The notes below the pieces were generated by a model, which worked only from the letters and a program-made list of their open reading frames with translations, made no database searches and was not told the origin of the DNA. From assembly GCF_009914755.1 (NCBI RefSeq), contig NC_060932.1: a stretch of 64,000 nucleotides of DNA; one strand, 5' to 3'. Position 1 is the stretch's first letter, and each line of letters starts with the position of its first letter. Below are positions 1-16,133 of this stretch, piece by piece. Made by a program: the position numbers and the translations under genes. This DNA is from the human T2T-CHM13v2.0 reference genome, Homo sapiens.

Positions 1-289
1 TTCTTTTTGCTAATATTTGTTATCTCCATAATGCATTGATCACTTCCCAGAATATATTTAATTAGTGAACACTTCTTGAGCAAATACTTGGAAAGCACAG
101 AGTATAAATAAATAAATCTAGTCTTTTAGGGGCATGGATATAATATCATTGGCACACATTAGGAATTCATGTAATTTTTAAAATAAGTATGTATTGAATG
201 CTTACTGAGTCCTAGGAAGTATGCTAGGGTCTAGAAAAGCTACAGTCAATATAGACACCAGTACAGCCTGGTGGTGGTGGTGGTAATAG

Positions 290-540
290 TAATGAAAATT
301 TTGAACGTTTATTGAGAATAAATGACACGCTATACTTCATACTAAGTATTAGGCATGAATTATTTCATACAATCCTGAAAACAACACTGTGTGTTGTATA
401 TTATTATTAAATTCAATTTACAGAGGAGGAAACAGAGTTTGAGGAGCTTCAGTAACTTGCCCAAGGTCACACAGTTATTAGCAAAGCCAGGGTCCAACTC
501 AGGAAATTCTCTCTCTTGCCCATGTTCTTAATCCCTACAC
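290..540 (-). mobile_element. MIR
   Basis: tttacagaggaggaaacagag...agtaacttgcccaaggtcacacag MIR core. Confidence 0.75.
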
Positions 541-1497
541 CTTCCAGATGAGTATGAAACAGTGGGGTAAGAGATACTGTGTGTGACTTCAACCAGGGCA
601 TATGAGATCATACAAATATGGGAACTATAATAGTTGATGATTGCAGAAAACTACAAAATCATTTAAGTATGGAGTAGAAGTGAGGAAAACAGGGACCATA
701 TTGTGAAGATCTTGTATTTCATGTGAAGAAATGGGAAGCCATTCCTGTGTTTGTATTTATATCTGCATTTTAAAAAGGTCACCTTCACTATGGAGGAAGA
801 CCAATGGAAAGAGGCCAGACAGGAAAGGTTAGAGTGAGGTTGCACCAATCTAGGCAGGAGATGATATTAGTGCAGCTAGAGAGGAGATATTTGAGAGATA
901 GTATAAAATATGAAATTAATAGGCATGAAATGTGCTGTAGTGAATACATTAACACACTGAACTGTACACATGCATTAATCTCTTGTAATGGATGAGTTTA
1001 ATTTGATAACTTGGAGGTTTATAACATTTCTTACTCTAGACATGAAATAAGTCATAAATCACGAAACAAAGATTTTTGGAAAGCAATAATTTTAATCCTG
1101 ACCACACCCACTCTGGCAAGGTTTTAAAAAATGGGAAGGTTGAGGCCACTGAAAAAAAAAATCATGGTACAGAAATTTGTAAGAAATTAAATAACTTCTA
1201 TGTCTCATTTCTTTTAACTTCTCTCTTATCAGGTTCAGTGAATTTCTAACACATCTGTTTCATGCAGATGCTTATTTTTTAATAGCTGAATAAAATGGGA
1301 CCACGAGAAAAGCAGAGGAAGAGGTAAAAAGCATTTGGAAACTGAGCAGAATCATTTACATTCTTCCGACATGTAGAAATGTATCTTTAGTTCAAAGATT
1401 GCTGAAACTAATCTGCCTCAGGCTTTCCAGGATGGGTGTTCAGATGTTGCTTTGGAGTGCATAAAATCACATGATCAGCAGTGTCTTGCATCTGTCA

Positions 1498-1812
<315 letters not shown>

Positions 1813-4800
1813 AGGAAGCTTCTGCTTATAAAAAGAGTGGTGTACAAATAGGAGGAGTAGCTGCTCTGTGCTATGTTCCAGCTTATTGCATTTACTTAGT
1901 TCTCTTGGGGTTGAAATAGATAGTCATTATTCCTTTCTAAAATTTGAATGCTGCCCAGGTAACTTCAGCTTAGTAAAGTATCATAGACAACCACATCTGA
2001 TTAGATTACTAATAACTTGTTTGCTATAGTCATTTGAAGAAAGATAATGACCTGGCTTTTAATTAAAGAAGGAAAAAGGAGAACCCTCATAAAGTAGGGG
2101 AAATGATTTTATGTTCTAAGAACTAAATCTGTAAGATTCTAAATATAAATCTATAGCTATATAAAGACATAATTCATGTGAAGAATATTATCACACTAGT
2201 AGGTTTCTCAGACTGTCCTTATATACATAATCTCTGAAGCATGCATTTTCCCCAGGGGAATTGAATCCTTCTTGTTTCCATGACTAAAAGTAGCCTCATA
2301 GTTATAAAGAACAGTGAAAATGAGGTAATGTACGTGGAAGTCCAAACTAAAAAACAAAATCAGATTGTGATCTGATTTCCCCAATTCTACATTGGGGAAA
2401 AACTTACTGATTTCAAATTCGTTAACAAATATTGATTTCCCTTTATATTTAGTACAAAATCAAACTAACCTCGATAAGAATGCAAGTGAATCAAAATGAG
2501 TTTCAAGGGGTTGTGGCTAGTACACGCTTTCTACAGCTGATCAAACTATTGTTTGGACCATGATCCCTTCAACTCAGAAAACCCTGACATATGCCTATAG
2601 TGTGTTTGCCAAATATCATAGTTTACTAACAGGAAATTCTTCTGCTAATTATAAAACTGCACTAACACAAAACAAGATCATATTTATCCAAGTGATTCAG
2701 TTATGTTATTACTGTACAAAAGAGTTAAAAATTGCCGCTCAAGTAACTTTCAAAGTCTAAACGTGTATCCCTAAATTCAGTGATTTCAGTGTATTTTTCT
2801 TTCAGGGATAATTTTTAGTGGTACCTTTGTAGGTAGCATTATTGAGAACTATAGAAGTTTTCAAATTAATGTTTAATCCCACCCTCGATTTTAAAAATGT
2901 GGGGAAATAAAAAGCATCCCCTACTAAAGTTTACATTTCCCATTTGTAATTACTTTAAAAAATTTTTTTACTGCAACATCTACATAATGTCAATTTATGG
3001 CAAATTGTCATGACTACAAATTCAGAGATCATCACCCTAGATTTTCATGTGTTTTATTTAATGTGTTAGGGTCTGAGTAACCCTCCTCTACTAGTAATAC
3101 AAACGTTTGGGGTTGCCCTCAGGAAATAGCAATATAATGATTGGCTACCAAGCAAAATATCAGTGTTCCTGACAGTGGGCATGCTGAGAGCTAGCAAATA
3201 AATCCACAGTAGGAAAACAGAGCTCAGAACCATAAACCTCGAATTGTTCTGGTTTCCCATGTCATTTCATTGTGAGTTACTGAATCACCCTTGTGGCCCA
3301 AAAGGGGTGTTACATCTCCCCAAGTGCTCAATAAAATGCATTTCAGTCCTTGAGAGATTGGCTTCCTTGCTCAGTACAGTTTGAATCAATATTAAATGAG
3401 GCAGTAGTAGGCTTCTGGAGGTTTTGAAATATAGAAGTGATTTTAGAATAAAATGGTTGTTTTTGTCTGCAATCATGGTAAATGACCAACTGTAGGAGGC
3501 CCGTAGTTTTCGGGAGACTCTTCCATCTAATTTATTATAGAAATGTTGAGTCATCTTAAAGGGGAGGGTTAACATGTAAACAATATCCACTTTAGGTAAG
3601 AACTGATATCTTAAAAAGTGAACTAAATATAGTGTAATGAACCTAAGTTAGAAATGGTTGAAATACAATATTTTGCATGTAAGCCAATTTAGGAAATGAA
3701 GCTTTGTCTCTCTTCTGAGACTTAGTTGAGGAGGGGACGAGAGACACACCTCTGGCATCTAGAAATACAGTTGGGAAAGAGGAGACCAGTTCACATGCTT
3801 TTCCTGACCTTCCTTTAGTTCTACGGTTTGCTGTGTAAAATAAACTCAAGATCTGATATCTAAGATCAACTGGGACAAACACCTGAAAAAACAATCACAA
3901 AGAATGTTATCAGCAAATGCCCAAATTATAGTCAGGTGGACTCTACTTTAACTGAACTCAGTTTATAAAACAAATATTGGCATACATTTGTCTTTAGCTT
4001 CATGTAATTATTATAATCTTATAACATCATAATTTACTCCAGGTTTACTTTAATGAACATCTCTTTAGAATAAAAAGGACTATAAAAGTATAAACCTTTT
4101 AAATAGTTGAAATATGATGAGATCTGAGAAACTGGGATTTACTTGTGTTCCATAAGTTTTTCCAAATAATGTACTGCCCATAAAGAGGAGGCTCCTCTAC
4201 ACAGACTTACCATGGCCAGGTATCACACTCATCACTTCAGGTCATTCTTGCTGCACTTTATGAGGTCAGTACACCTGCTTTCCTCAATTCACAGAGGAGA
4301 TGCAGCCTGAGAGTCGAAGTAACCTGGGTACAGCTCCATAAGATTGTCTTCAAACCCTTCTGTTGTCAGCTGCCATTTTGCATTCAGAAAGAGGTTCCAA
4401 GATAGTTTGAAAGTAGTGAAAGACAGAGTAAAAATGGACACGGGATTGGGGGAGGGGTTTGTACAATGGTACTAAGATGCTGACTGAAAGCGTAAAGAAG
4501 TTGTGGGTTGTGGGGAGTAAGTAGGATACTGGGACAAGGAAGTGGAAAGTGGGAGAGGATGAAGAGTTTGCCTTTGAAAATGTTGCCACTGGAAAGCAAC
4601 TGAAGATGCTTTGAATACAGTGTTGATAAACTGTTATGGTTGGGTATTTAGTAAATTACTTTGGTAATTTACGTAACAAATTGTTCTTTGATATCATGTA
4701 ATGTAAATATAGAAATTGTTTCATGTCAACCAGAGAAGTAACTAAACCCACTGACTCCTAAACTCTGATGCCCAAGGCTCTGCATGTTTGAGCCCAGGCT

Positions 4801-5149
4801 GTTTCTCCACCCTCATCTCCTTCTCCCTGTGTGCACCAGCATATTGAGCTCCACACTTGTTCATGAGCAGACTGAACCAGCATTAACCTCAGGGCCTTTG
4901 CACTTAACTCTCCTTGAAATGGTCTTCCCCAAAACAGTACCTCCTTCTGCCATTACACCCTTCGCTAGTACCATTCCACTTTCTAATCTGCCACAACATT
5001 TATTTTTATGGGTAATTCATTCCCACCTGATATTATTCATCTGCTTCTTTATTTTCTTTGTCCTCTCACTAAAATTTGATCATCAAAAGAGATGGGACTT
5101 GGCTTTGTTCACTGTTGCATCTCCTACACACTGGAGTAATGGAGACTTG

Positions 5150-6147
5150 GGGGTCTGAAGTTAAGTAAAATAAAGTCAGAAAGAATTTAGAAAATTACAA
5201 AACAAAATAGGAATGAAAGTTAATATTCAGAATGTAAGAAAAATAAATTGCAATGTTTAAAATCTGATAAGTAACACAAGCATTATAAAATCCACAAAAC
5301 AATAATTTTTGTTACTTTATGAACTGCCCCACTTCTGTACATTTTTTCTCCACAATTTTTGTAACATACTCTTTGCCTCTTCAAATTATAACAACTTTGC
5401 AATATAATTTTCTATAGAGAGAATAGAACAATTATTTTGTCTCTTCTCTAGCATGGATGATCAAATTTAAATTATTAAGAGTTTATCAAAGCTTTCCAAC
5501 ATCAAAATGAGTTATTACTAATGTCTTATACATTTTTAAATTGCTGTCAAATGCAAAAAAAGAAAAAACTTCTCTAAGTTTCTTTAGCATATGAACCATA
5601 AATTTGAGAGAATATGCCACAGAGTAGTTTCTGGCTGTATACAGTTCCAACCTTTTTGTCCTCCAAAACATATATATTTCCCATCCTGGGGGCCTCAGGA
5701 TATGGACGTATTACATCATGACCTCTGGCCCTGCACCTCTTTTCCAGCATTGGATGACTGTGTACAATGGGCAGTAGGAATACTCTGGATGCCATTTCTA
5801 CACAGGATACTACAATAACCCAGCCATAAATGAAAGTAATTATTGTCCAATAAATACATCCCAGCAAACCTAGCCTGACTGCATCCCAACTCAACTTTCT
5901 TTAGCTCAGTTTCAAAAATAACCACAGCGAATTGAACGCTACCCAACATGACAGAAGGAAGCTGGGATGTAAAGAAGACAGCAGCCATATCATTTGCAGT
6001 TAAAACACTTTGCTTTTGCACATTTGTAAAGGTATGTGACTATGTGAACACAGTGCTAAGGCCCCTCCCAGAACCTGGAAAGGGATTCGTACAAGTAAGG
6101 GGCCTTGAAACTCAAGCTTTTGTAGCTCCACAGTAAATCCACTCCTG
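5150..6147 (-). mobile_element. hAT-Tip100 DNA transposon remnant (Zaphod/MER115-like)
   Basis: The minus strand from 6147 reads caggagtggatttactgtggagctacaaaagcttgagtttcaaggcccc, resembling the recalled Zaphod-type terminus. The decayed frame near 5486-5671 (LKMYKTLVIT) resembles a hAT dimerisation segment. Confidence 0.6.
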
Positions 6148-6822
6148 CCAGCAACTTGTGGTATTTGTAGGTACAAAGTAGACAGGCAAAAAATGTTTGG
6201 CAAAAGAATAAATGAAAGAAAGAATCATGCAATAAAATATATTTTAATACATCTTCCTTAGCATTGCCAAATCAAAGTGTCCTTCAAATTAAATGGGACC
6301 CATTAGCTGCAGGTTACATTTATCATATTAAAACTGTGCTAAATATCTGAGTGATTTGGGATCTATTCTCAGTACAAAATATGTCAAGGAGATTTATTAA
6401 TTATAAGCACAGATATATTGACCTTTTCCTTTTTCTTCCTATGGGGAAATTAAACATTTCTGTATAACTTTGCTACCTTATCAAGTGTGCTTCCTCACAT
6501 GTATACTCTAAGCAGAGCCATTACTTGGAATGTCTTATTACTAAAATTAAGGACAAATTTTCTTCATTGCCTATGTTACAATTGCCTTTTTATGAAGGAC
6601 AAATACTACTCTGTGACATTTATTTTGTTATTTTGTGGCTTCTAGGGAAAGAATTGTGTGAATATTTTTTAAGTGATGTTGTAGTAGAAGGAGCTGAAAA
6701 ATTGAAGGCCTATATTTTCCAGGTGGGGTAAAAATACAGATTTATTCACATTTTAATTTAATTGTAAAACAGAGTTCATGTTAGAAAGAAGATTGGGGCA
6801 TCAGGTAAGAAACTCCATATTG

Positions 6823-7111
<289 letters not shown>

Positions 7112-8239
7112 GAGAAACCTCCTATTGAATGAGGGTTCCTGGCCTTTAATATGCTCCTTTCTTTCTTTTGCCCAGGGCTAGCATATCAATCTCTCTGGTC
7201 ATCAGAAAGTGCCTGTAAAATCAAATGAGCTCTCGTAAACCTGACTCTGAGTATATATTTATGTACCACTGAAAAACTGTGTGCCACCTTCCTGGACCTG
7301 GAGTCCATCAGAGAATGCCAGCATCAGAATGTTTCTTGCAGATGCTGATTTTTTCCACTTGACATTCAAATTGAGATAGTTGGGAGAAGATGAAAAGCTA
7401 TGGGGCAAATAAAAGTGACAGAAAAGTGGCAGCATTCCTGAGAGGCTTTCTTTCGCATGCTTAGTTTAGGAAAATAGAATTCTGTGATGCTGTGAGTGGA
7501 AATACAAGGCCTTGGTTGGACCCATCAACCATGAATCAAATTACAGGCAATATTTCCCACCTTTATGTGATTGCCTCTTTTTAACACTTTTTACTTTTTT
7601 AAAATTTCAAATTAATTTTGATTCCTAATTGGAAGATACATAATGGTTAGCATGAAAAGACAAATAAAGGTGCAGCCATCTGTTTTGGAAATGCTGGGGA
7701 AAGAAAATACACATATCCATTTGAAGGTAGATTTTTCTCTTAGGTATTGTGTGATTGGTTGCAAATCACACTTGGAGGTATCCTTTCAGAGAGCATGTTC
7801 CTGGGCACATTCGCTTCCTGATTGCAGTAAAATCTTTTAAAATCTCTGGCGGGTAATTTGCTGCTGTACTGCTGCTTACTACAACTTGAGGTAGGGAGAA
7901 AGAGATCAGTTTAAAAGGATTAAGAAAATGAGTAGTAATTGTAGGCTGTCTGTTAAAAACCCTTCACAGTGTGTAAGTCTTGTTTATAAGTGAGTACACG
8001 AGAGATAAAGCAAGTTCTGCTTTATCAGTAAAGCACAGACATATTTCAGCATGATTAGAAACAGATAAAGATTTTTTTTTTCCTCCCCTTGGCTTCATTC
8101 AGCTGGTGTAATGAACATTATTGATTAAAATGTTAGGATCAATAAAGATTTAAAATCGCAGTGGAGGAGACCTTAATGAGGAGAAAAAGGTTATGGTCTG
8201 TTGAGTAAGCTGGCAGTTAAATGCTTTGTAGAAAACTGA

Positions 8240-8540
<301 letters not shown>

Positions 8541-9391
8541 GAAAACTGATTTTTTAAACATGAACTATTAGTTATTACTGCTTGGCCTTCATTGGCATAG
8601 GCTGTTCTGCAGCTTGCATGTACATGTAAGACAATATGCATTGTTATCGGACTCACACACTAAAAGTTTGTGAACATCATGTACAACTAGAACTTAATGA
8701 TGAAACTTGAACATGTGTTAATAATAATAATGAATTCTCTGTAATGAGAAAGCTGCCTCTCAAGTCATTTAACAGCCAGTGGAACTTACATATTTCTCCT
8801 TAGAATGCAGTTATATGTAATCACACAGTTGCACTTTGTGAGGTTCTAATATTACAACAAGAATGTTTTAAATCCCTCTCTCCTCTTTTTCTTAATTATC
8901 AGTATCAAAACCTACCAAATGCATTGGACTTCTGTGTTAGAGCCTCATAACCAAGAACTTCTGTGTTACAGCCACATAGCTAATGAGTTAGATTTTTCTC
9001 CCATAGGAACAATTGCATTGTAGAACTTACTTTTATTTGCAGGGAAAAATACTAGACAGATCTAGGAAAATACACAAATCAACAACAAACTACAGGGAGG
9101 TAAATGCAAAATAAGGAAAAGGCTAATTAAAATACAAATATGTTGGAAAAAACAAAACAAAATCCATTAATACAATTTTAGGAGAAGCATCTAAAATTGA
9201 CAATTTTTATGAAATGTATGCAAAAGAACATTTTTTTAATGTTCTTTTTAGTGCATGCAAAAGAACTTTTAAAAGAACAATTCAGAGACCAGCACCTGAA
9301 AATGTTAACAAATAAACATAGGCTTTCAGGGGTACTGTAGAGATCAATGTGGAAGAACATAAAAGAATGCCTTAAAGAAAAGGAAAAGAAC

Positions 9392-9730
<339 letters not shown>

Positions 9731-10296
9731 TCACTAAATGCTGGTTAGAACACTTTTCTCAGGGCTACTCTGGGTATCACATTTCTATATAACCAGTTAT
9801 GAGTTCCTTTTGGAACTTTTACAAATACTCTTTTAGATTGAGTCCAATAAACACATTTTAAAAAATCAATTCTGACCTCAGTAAATAGTAATTTCACCAT
9901 TTATTCTTCTGCTATATTTGTGCACAAATCAGTATAAATCTATTAACTATCAATATGTAGAAGTTAATGATAAATATTCTTTAGTCATTTCTTCTAAATT
10001 ACATGAAATATCATTAAAGAATAATATTTAGTAATAAAACTTGTTCTAATTCTGGTTATTTAATTTTCTGTAGATAAGTGCTCTTATAAACAGTTCATCA
10101 TGGGATTGTTTTAAATTTAAATACTTAATTTCTGACCCCAGTAATGTACCTTTATAATCTATTTTTAAACTGGTATTTTATGTAGAAAAATCAGCGGTTC
10201 ATTGTCTAGCTGCTTTTATTTTGGCTGGTGCTTTCTGATTTTGTGATTAGTAATCCACATCATCTCAAAGGGTGTATCAGGAACCATGGGGTCTGA

Positions 10297-10446
<150 letters not shown>

Positions 10447-13400
10447 TAGTTGTTTTGTAGGCCCTGGACTTGAAGATTCCTTTGTTCATTTATCAGGGGT
10501 TTGACAGGTGCCTGGATGTGATGGACAGTTTACTAGGCTCAGAGGTAACTCATGAATGAGAAATGCTCCCAGGGAGAAGATGCTGCAGGCACCAGTCTGA
10601 GGTTCTGCAAGAATCTTAGACAACTCTGGAAAAAGGGAAGTCTACGGAGTAATCTGCAGGCAGAAAGGGACTTGATTAAGTGGAATAAGGCAGCAGTGAA
10701 TTTGGCGTTTATGTAAGGAACAAGTAAAAGGACATATGGCATTTTTTGGCAATTGTTAGTGGTAAAGCTTGGGACGGAGAGGCACAGCAGCAAGGAAGAA
10801 GAGGAAAGAATTGAGGGTCCTGCTGGTTCCTGGTGACTGCCAAGGGACATTCATGCCATACTCAGTGTGTACATTTTTCTGAGGATAAAGCACTTACCTC
10901 AAATTTTCCTTTAGGGGATAAATAGCAGTCTTTGGACTGTCTTCGGGTCACTGGAGTACTTATAGGCGAGAATATACTCTCTTATAAATAGAATGAACTT
11001 TATTCTATACAGTAGCCCAATAGTATTCTAAGTGTGGCGGTTTAGTTTTTACCCCTTAAAGTTATTTTAAAAAATGCACTAAGCTCCAATTTACTAATTA
11101 CAAAAATGTGCTTAATCTAGCAGAAAAGATACTTAACCCACAGAAAGACAAAAGAAATCAAAAGACAAATTTTATATTTTATTCTACCACCTTTTCTTTG
11201 GGCTACCACAAGAAATTGATTTAACAAATTTCTCTACTTGCTGACTTGGTTTGAGTTGCCCAGTGACAGTGAGTGATTTAATTTTTAAGATATGCTTTGT
11301 AATTATGACTACTTTGTTTATTGGAAGCTTAGTATCTAACTCGCAGGCAAACGTATAAATCCCTCTGGGCTTGCTCCCAAGACTGCATTGCAGAATGCCA
11401 ACAAAGCCCATGAAAAAGTCAAATGAAGAGGCCAACATCAAGCTGGTGTCTGCAATGCGAAGATCAGGCACAGAGAGAGCATATACATTGGTACTTCTGG
11501 TTAGGGCTCAGGAGCTGAAGATTGAAAACCAAGATCTTAGAAGGTCCAAGAGAGATTTGTTAAGTAAAGTTTAGAGCTAAGAAGCATGTGACATACTGTG
11601 GGCCAGCTGGAAAGGGTAAACACAGATGTGATTTGCCAGCAGGTTTAGGAAGGACTTTTTGGATATATATACAAATTATGTTTTAAAAAGTAGATCCAGG
11701 TAAACTTATGATTATCCATATCAGAGTTGAGATTTAGGTTGCTAAGAAATACAGAAAGAAATTAATTGCCTTTCTGTTTGATTATGTTGCTTATTAGAGT
11801 AGGTTTGTAGGAAGACTTGGGAAGCGCCATCTCAAAATTATAGCTTATAACAAGCAAAAGAGACTGGAATTTACTTTCTTTTAGAATATTCCACTAAGGA
11901 GGTAGTTATGAGTTGGTGACATATCCATTTCTACTGTATAGATTTGAATAGTCATAATTATATCAAATACGTTAACTTCTTAAAACTAAAAGTGGAAATA
12001 GAGAAAATAGAGAAAAAGTAATATTGATATTATGCAGGCCCCGATGACTCACTTAACTGGTGTAAAGCTCTTTAAAATACAATGTAAATTATATTTATAT
12101 AGTATTACTATATTGATGTGTATTATGTAAGTATAGTATAATTTTAAAACTCAAAAGTCATGGGTTCCTTATAAAATTCCTGTTGGTATATAAACTGCAC
12201 TATTTTGTCAGTATATATCACTTGTTCTTCCCCCGAATTTTTTTAAAAAATGAATACATTTGGAATAGGTAGCTTTCTTCCTTTGTTATTTGTTCCTCTG
12301 CCCCAAGTTGTGACGTCCCAATGGCTATGAGAGGCAAAGAAATAAGGTTTAACTTCTTTGTGAAAGATCATAGAGCCTGGGACCCTCTTTAAGGAAACTG
12401 GGCAGACTGGTGGCCCCAGAGATTTCTTCAACAGTCCCCTGTCGCGGATTCTCCTTCCAGTATTCAGCAGTAGCAGACAGTGAGATTTGTGGCTGAGGGC
12501 CGATCCACAAGCCAACTCTTACCTACCTATGATTTGAGCAGTTAGAATGCAAGTCTGAATCAAAGGTCTAGCCTGGGTTTTCTCTCCTTTTTACCTTTCA
12601 GCCTCAGGGACAATTACTTAACCATTTAGACTCAGCTTTTTAGAGACCAAGTGGTTAGATATTTGTCATCTTCAGTATATATTGAAGTATTTGCATTATT
12701 GCATTATCGAATTTGTATTATGATATATTAGAGAATAATATTTACTATTAAAGTTTTATAATATATAAATGAATAATATAATGAAAAAACTAAGATTTTT
12801 TAATTTTTTTGGGAATAAGAAACTTTTTGGCATGATTTATTGTTCTTATTTATAATTTCAATATTGTTTTCCTCTGCAGATTTTGTGTATATACTTTTCA
12901 TACAGTTGTTATTTTAATTCACTGCTTGAGTTTGAAGGAAAGATAAAAGACAGAAGAGAAGGGTACTATGTTTTCATGATGTTTTGCTAATGATTGTAAC
13001 AACCTTGGGCAGCACTTTATGTAACCAGCTGATTTGATTAATAAAAGGCTTGCAGTAGAAACTGTCATTTACATTATAAATTTAAAGTTTTCTATGCCAT
13101 AATTATATATTCCTAGTGTTCTTTGTTGGCAGCCTAGAAAGAAATGTCTTCTCAACCTTTTTAATAAAAACTGGGATTCCAAAGTACCCTGACCCCTTAC
13201 CTTCAGTATCAAAGCATCACACTGGACACAAAGAACAAAGACATGAGGTTGACATGCTCCTTGCCTTATCTCATGGTGGACACATCCAAAGGAAAATCAC
13301 CATGCCACGGGCACAAGCAAGCAAGTTTCTCCAGGGTAACCAACCTCAGTGTATCAAGACTCAGAACAGGGAGCAAATGAGTAGACTGAGCCCCTCCCTG

Positions 13401-13567
13401 GCTGGGATAAGTCTTACTCATTTTTGTATCACAGTTTCCCAAAATAGTACCTAGTACAAAGTAAATGCCAAAAGATACTTGTTCAATGATGTCATTCTAA
13501 CTAGGATAGCTGGCGAAGGGCTTCATGCAGAAGATGAATTTATGATAGCGATTAAAAGCACAGAACA

Positions 13568-14012
13568 AGTTTTTGTTTTGTTTTAGATTTAAGGGGTACG
13601 TGTGCAGGTTTGTTACATGGATACGTTGCATAATGCTGGGGTTTGGGCTTCCATTGAACCCATCACCCAAACAGTAAACATAATACCCAATAGGTAATTT
13701 TTTAATCCTATCCCCCTTCCTTCCTCTCCCCTTTTGGAGTCCGCAGTATCTGTTGTTTCCATCTTTATGTCCATGTGTACTCATTGTTTCGTCCCCACTT
13801 AAAAGTGAGAGCATGCAATATTTGATTTTCTATTCAAGTGTTAATTCACTTAGGATAACGGCCTCCAGCTGCATTCAGGCTGCTGCAAAGAACATGATTT
13901 TATCCTTTTTATGGCATATAATATTCCATGGTGTATATGTACCACATGTTTTTTATCCAGCCCACTGTTGATGGGCACTTAGGTTGATTCCATGACTTTG
14001 CTATTGTGAATA
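13568..14012 (-). mobile_element. L1 3' end (old L1PA-like)
   Basis: T-tail followed by gtgcaggtttgttacatggat...cccatcacccaa...tattccatggtgtatatgtaccaca, typical L1PA 3'UTR antisense. Confidence 0.88.
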
Positions 14013-14029
14013 AAAGAGAACAGACTCTT

Positions 14030-14235
14030 GAGCCAAGCAGCCACAGTTTGAGTCCCAACTTCAGTGTTGGCTATCTGGGTGATTCAGGGAAATATTCTTA
14101 GCCTCTTTGGTACTTAGTTTCCTCAGTATTAAAACAAGGATAATAATAGTACTTGTTTCATAGTGTTGTTGTGAGGATTAAGTAAGTAAATATACTTAAT
14201 GCACTTAAAACAGTACCTGATATGGTGAGTGACCA
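14030..14235 (+). mobile_element. MIR
   Basis: cttagtttcctcag...aaaacaaggataataatagtac...gttgtgaggattaa. Confidence 0.75.
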
Positions 14236-14429
14236 ATCAATTATTAACTAAGATGATATTTGATTTGGAACTTGGAAGATAAATATGATGCAGACAGGAA
14301 GGGAAGGGGGCAGGAAGAGTATTTAAGTAGAGGGAGCAATGGCAATATAAGCCAGAGTGTAAAAATGCAAGTAGCTGGAGTGTTGAGTTTATGAACAATA
14401 TAGATGAATTTAAAGTGAAATGTGCCAAT

Positions 14430-15990
14430 AGATGTCTTCAGCATGACAGGCATCAGTTTTATTTGAAACCTTTTAAGAAAGCAAACATTTTTCTTAATGG
14501 AATTACTTAATGGAAATATTATAAGACTATAGACAAAAAGCATTGTACACAAATACGTCACACTAGTTAGTAAATCTATTTTTCATAGGGTATGATTTGG
14601 GAATTCTAAAACTAATTTATGTGTTACTAAGAATGAACAAATAAGATATTGTAAATAACGAGAGGCTGATTTCTCACTGTCTGAGAAAAAAGTTACAAAT
14701 AAGGAAAGGAAGAAGGCTGGAATCTGGAATGAACCCTATGCTACTGGATTGAAATCACATGTATCAGTATGAACTGATAAACACACACACAGACACATAC
14801 AAATATGGATAGATGTAGAAATGAATATAGATGTATGAGTATGTTTGTATTTGTAAATTAGCCCTGCCTGCTGGAAAGGCCTAGTTGCAGTTATTCTCCC
14901 AGTAGTAAAGAGCACACTCAGTGTCCAAATCCTGGCTTCTAAATACCATTCTCCAATAAAAATAGCCAGGGCCCCTTGGAGAATTGGTAAATTACCAGAC
15001 GAGAAAAGGAAGACAAGTCTGGAACATCTTGAGGTGCCAGAAAATAAAGGAGTACTAAACAATGATGGCAGCATATTAAAAAGGCACAAGAAACAACCAG
15101 AAAGAGCTCCCAGTGGCCAAAACTGAAACAATTTTAGCAAAAAAAAAAAAAAAATGTATATAAGTATTAGATTATAGCTCATGGAATAAAATAATTATGA
15201 GTCCACACTGATTTAAATATATACTTGAATAAATAAATAATTTGGGGAGAAGAGATTACTCTTTTTAACAGAATTCCAGTCCATAAACAAAACAATATTA
15301 TTGTTGTAGACAAGATACACCAACAGAGGCTAAAATCAGTGAGTGAAAGTTTGAAGAGAAACAGGATTTGCATAGTCTCATAGTATGTCCCTAAATATAT
15401 TTATTAACTACCAAAAAAAAAAAAAAAGCAATGAGTAACTTTACAGTTCCAAAATCTGGCAGACACCAAAGTGATCAAAGTTAATGTCAGCAGTGATAAG
15501 ATATGCCAATATCCTGTATCCCCTGATAGGATGCACTGAGAAGGGCATGACATCACTTCTGTGATTTTCTTGCCCAAAATGCATTTCCTGAATCTAATCG
15601 TGAGCAAACATCAGACACACCCAAACTGAGACATTCTGCAAAGTAATGACCAATACTTATCAAGAGTGTTAAGGTCATGAATGGCAGGAAGGACCTCAGG
15701 AACTGTCACAGATTGGAGGGGAGTGAGGAGACAGGTAAGCGAAAGGCAATATGGGATCCTAGGTTGGATCTTGGAACAGAAAAGAAACCTTAGTGGGAGA
15801 AAATGGAGAAATTTGAACAAGATGCGCAGTTTAGTTAATAATATTGTACCAATGTTAATTCTTGGTTTTAGTAATCACACTGTGGTTAAGTGAAGGGTTA
15901 ACGTTAGGGGAAGCCACATGGAGTATGTGAAGTCTCAGTTCTGTCTGTATTTTTCTCTAACTGTAAAATTACTTCAAAATAAAAAGTTTT
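14430..15990 (+). mobile_element. Old mammalian L1 3' region (L1MC-like)
   Basis: tcctggcttctaaataccattctccaataaaa, ccctgataggatgcactgagaagggc and terminal aaaattacttcaaaataaaaagttt motifs. Confidence 0.7.
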
Positions 15991-16021
15991 CTTTGTTTGT
16001 TTTGTTTTTGTTTTTGTTTTT

Positions 16022-16133
16022 AAAGACTGGTTAAGTGCAGTGGTGAAAAGTGGGGAAAGAGCAGAATAATGAGTTCAATTGATCTGTAACTGCCTATGAA
16101 CAGTCAATTGAGATAACTGCTTTTGGATTAGCC
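16022..16133 (-). pseudogene. Y1 RNA (RNY1-derived) retropseudogene
   Basis: The reverse complement follows hY1 end to end (GGCT...GTTATCTCAATTGA.TGTTCA...AGTTACAGATC...TCTTTCCCC...CACTGCACTTAACCAGTCTTT) with substitutions and indels. The T-rich tract 15987-16021 is its poly(A) tail. Degenerate TSD aaaaagttttctt / aaaatagtttttctt. Confidence 0.9.

Noticed and set aside
2453-2562. Acceptor-like tttccctttatattttAG followed by a short open frame
   Set aside because: In the phase required by the upstream PREX2 exon it stops after about four codons. No clear donor and no recognisable peptide.
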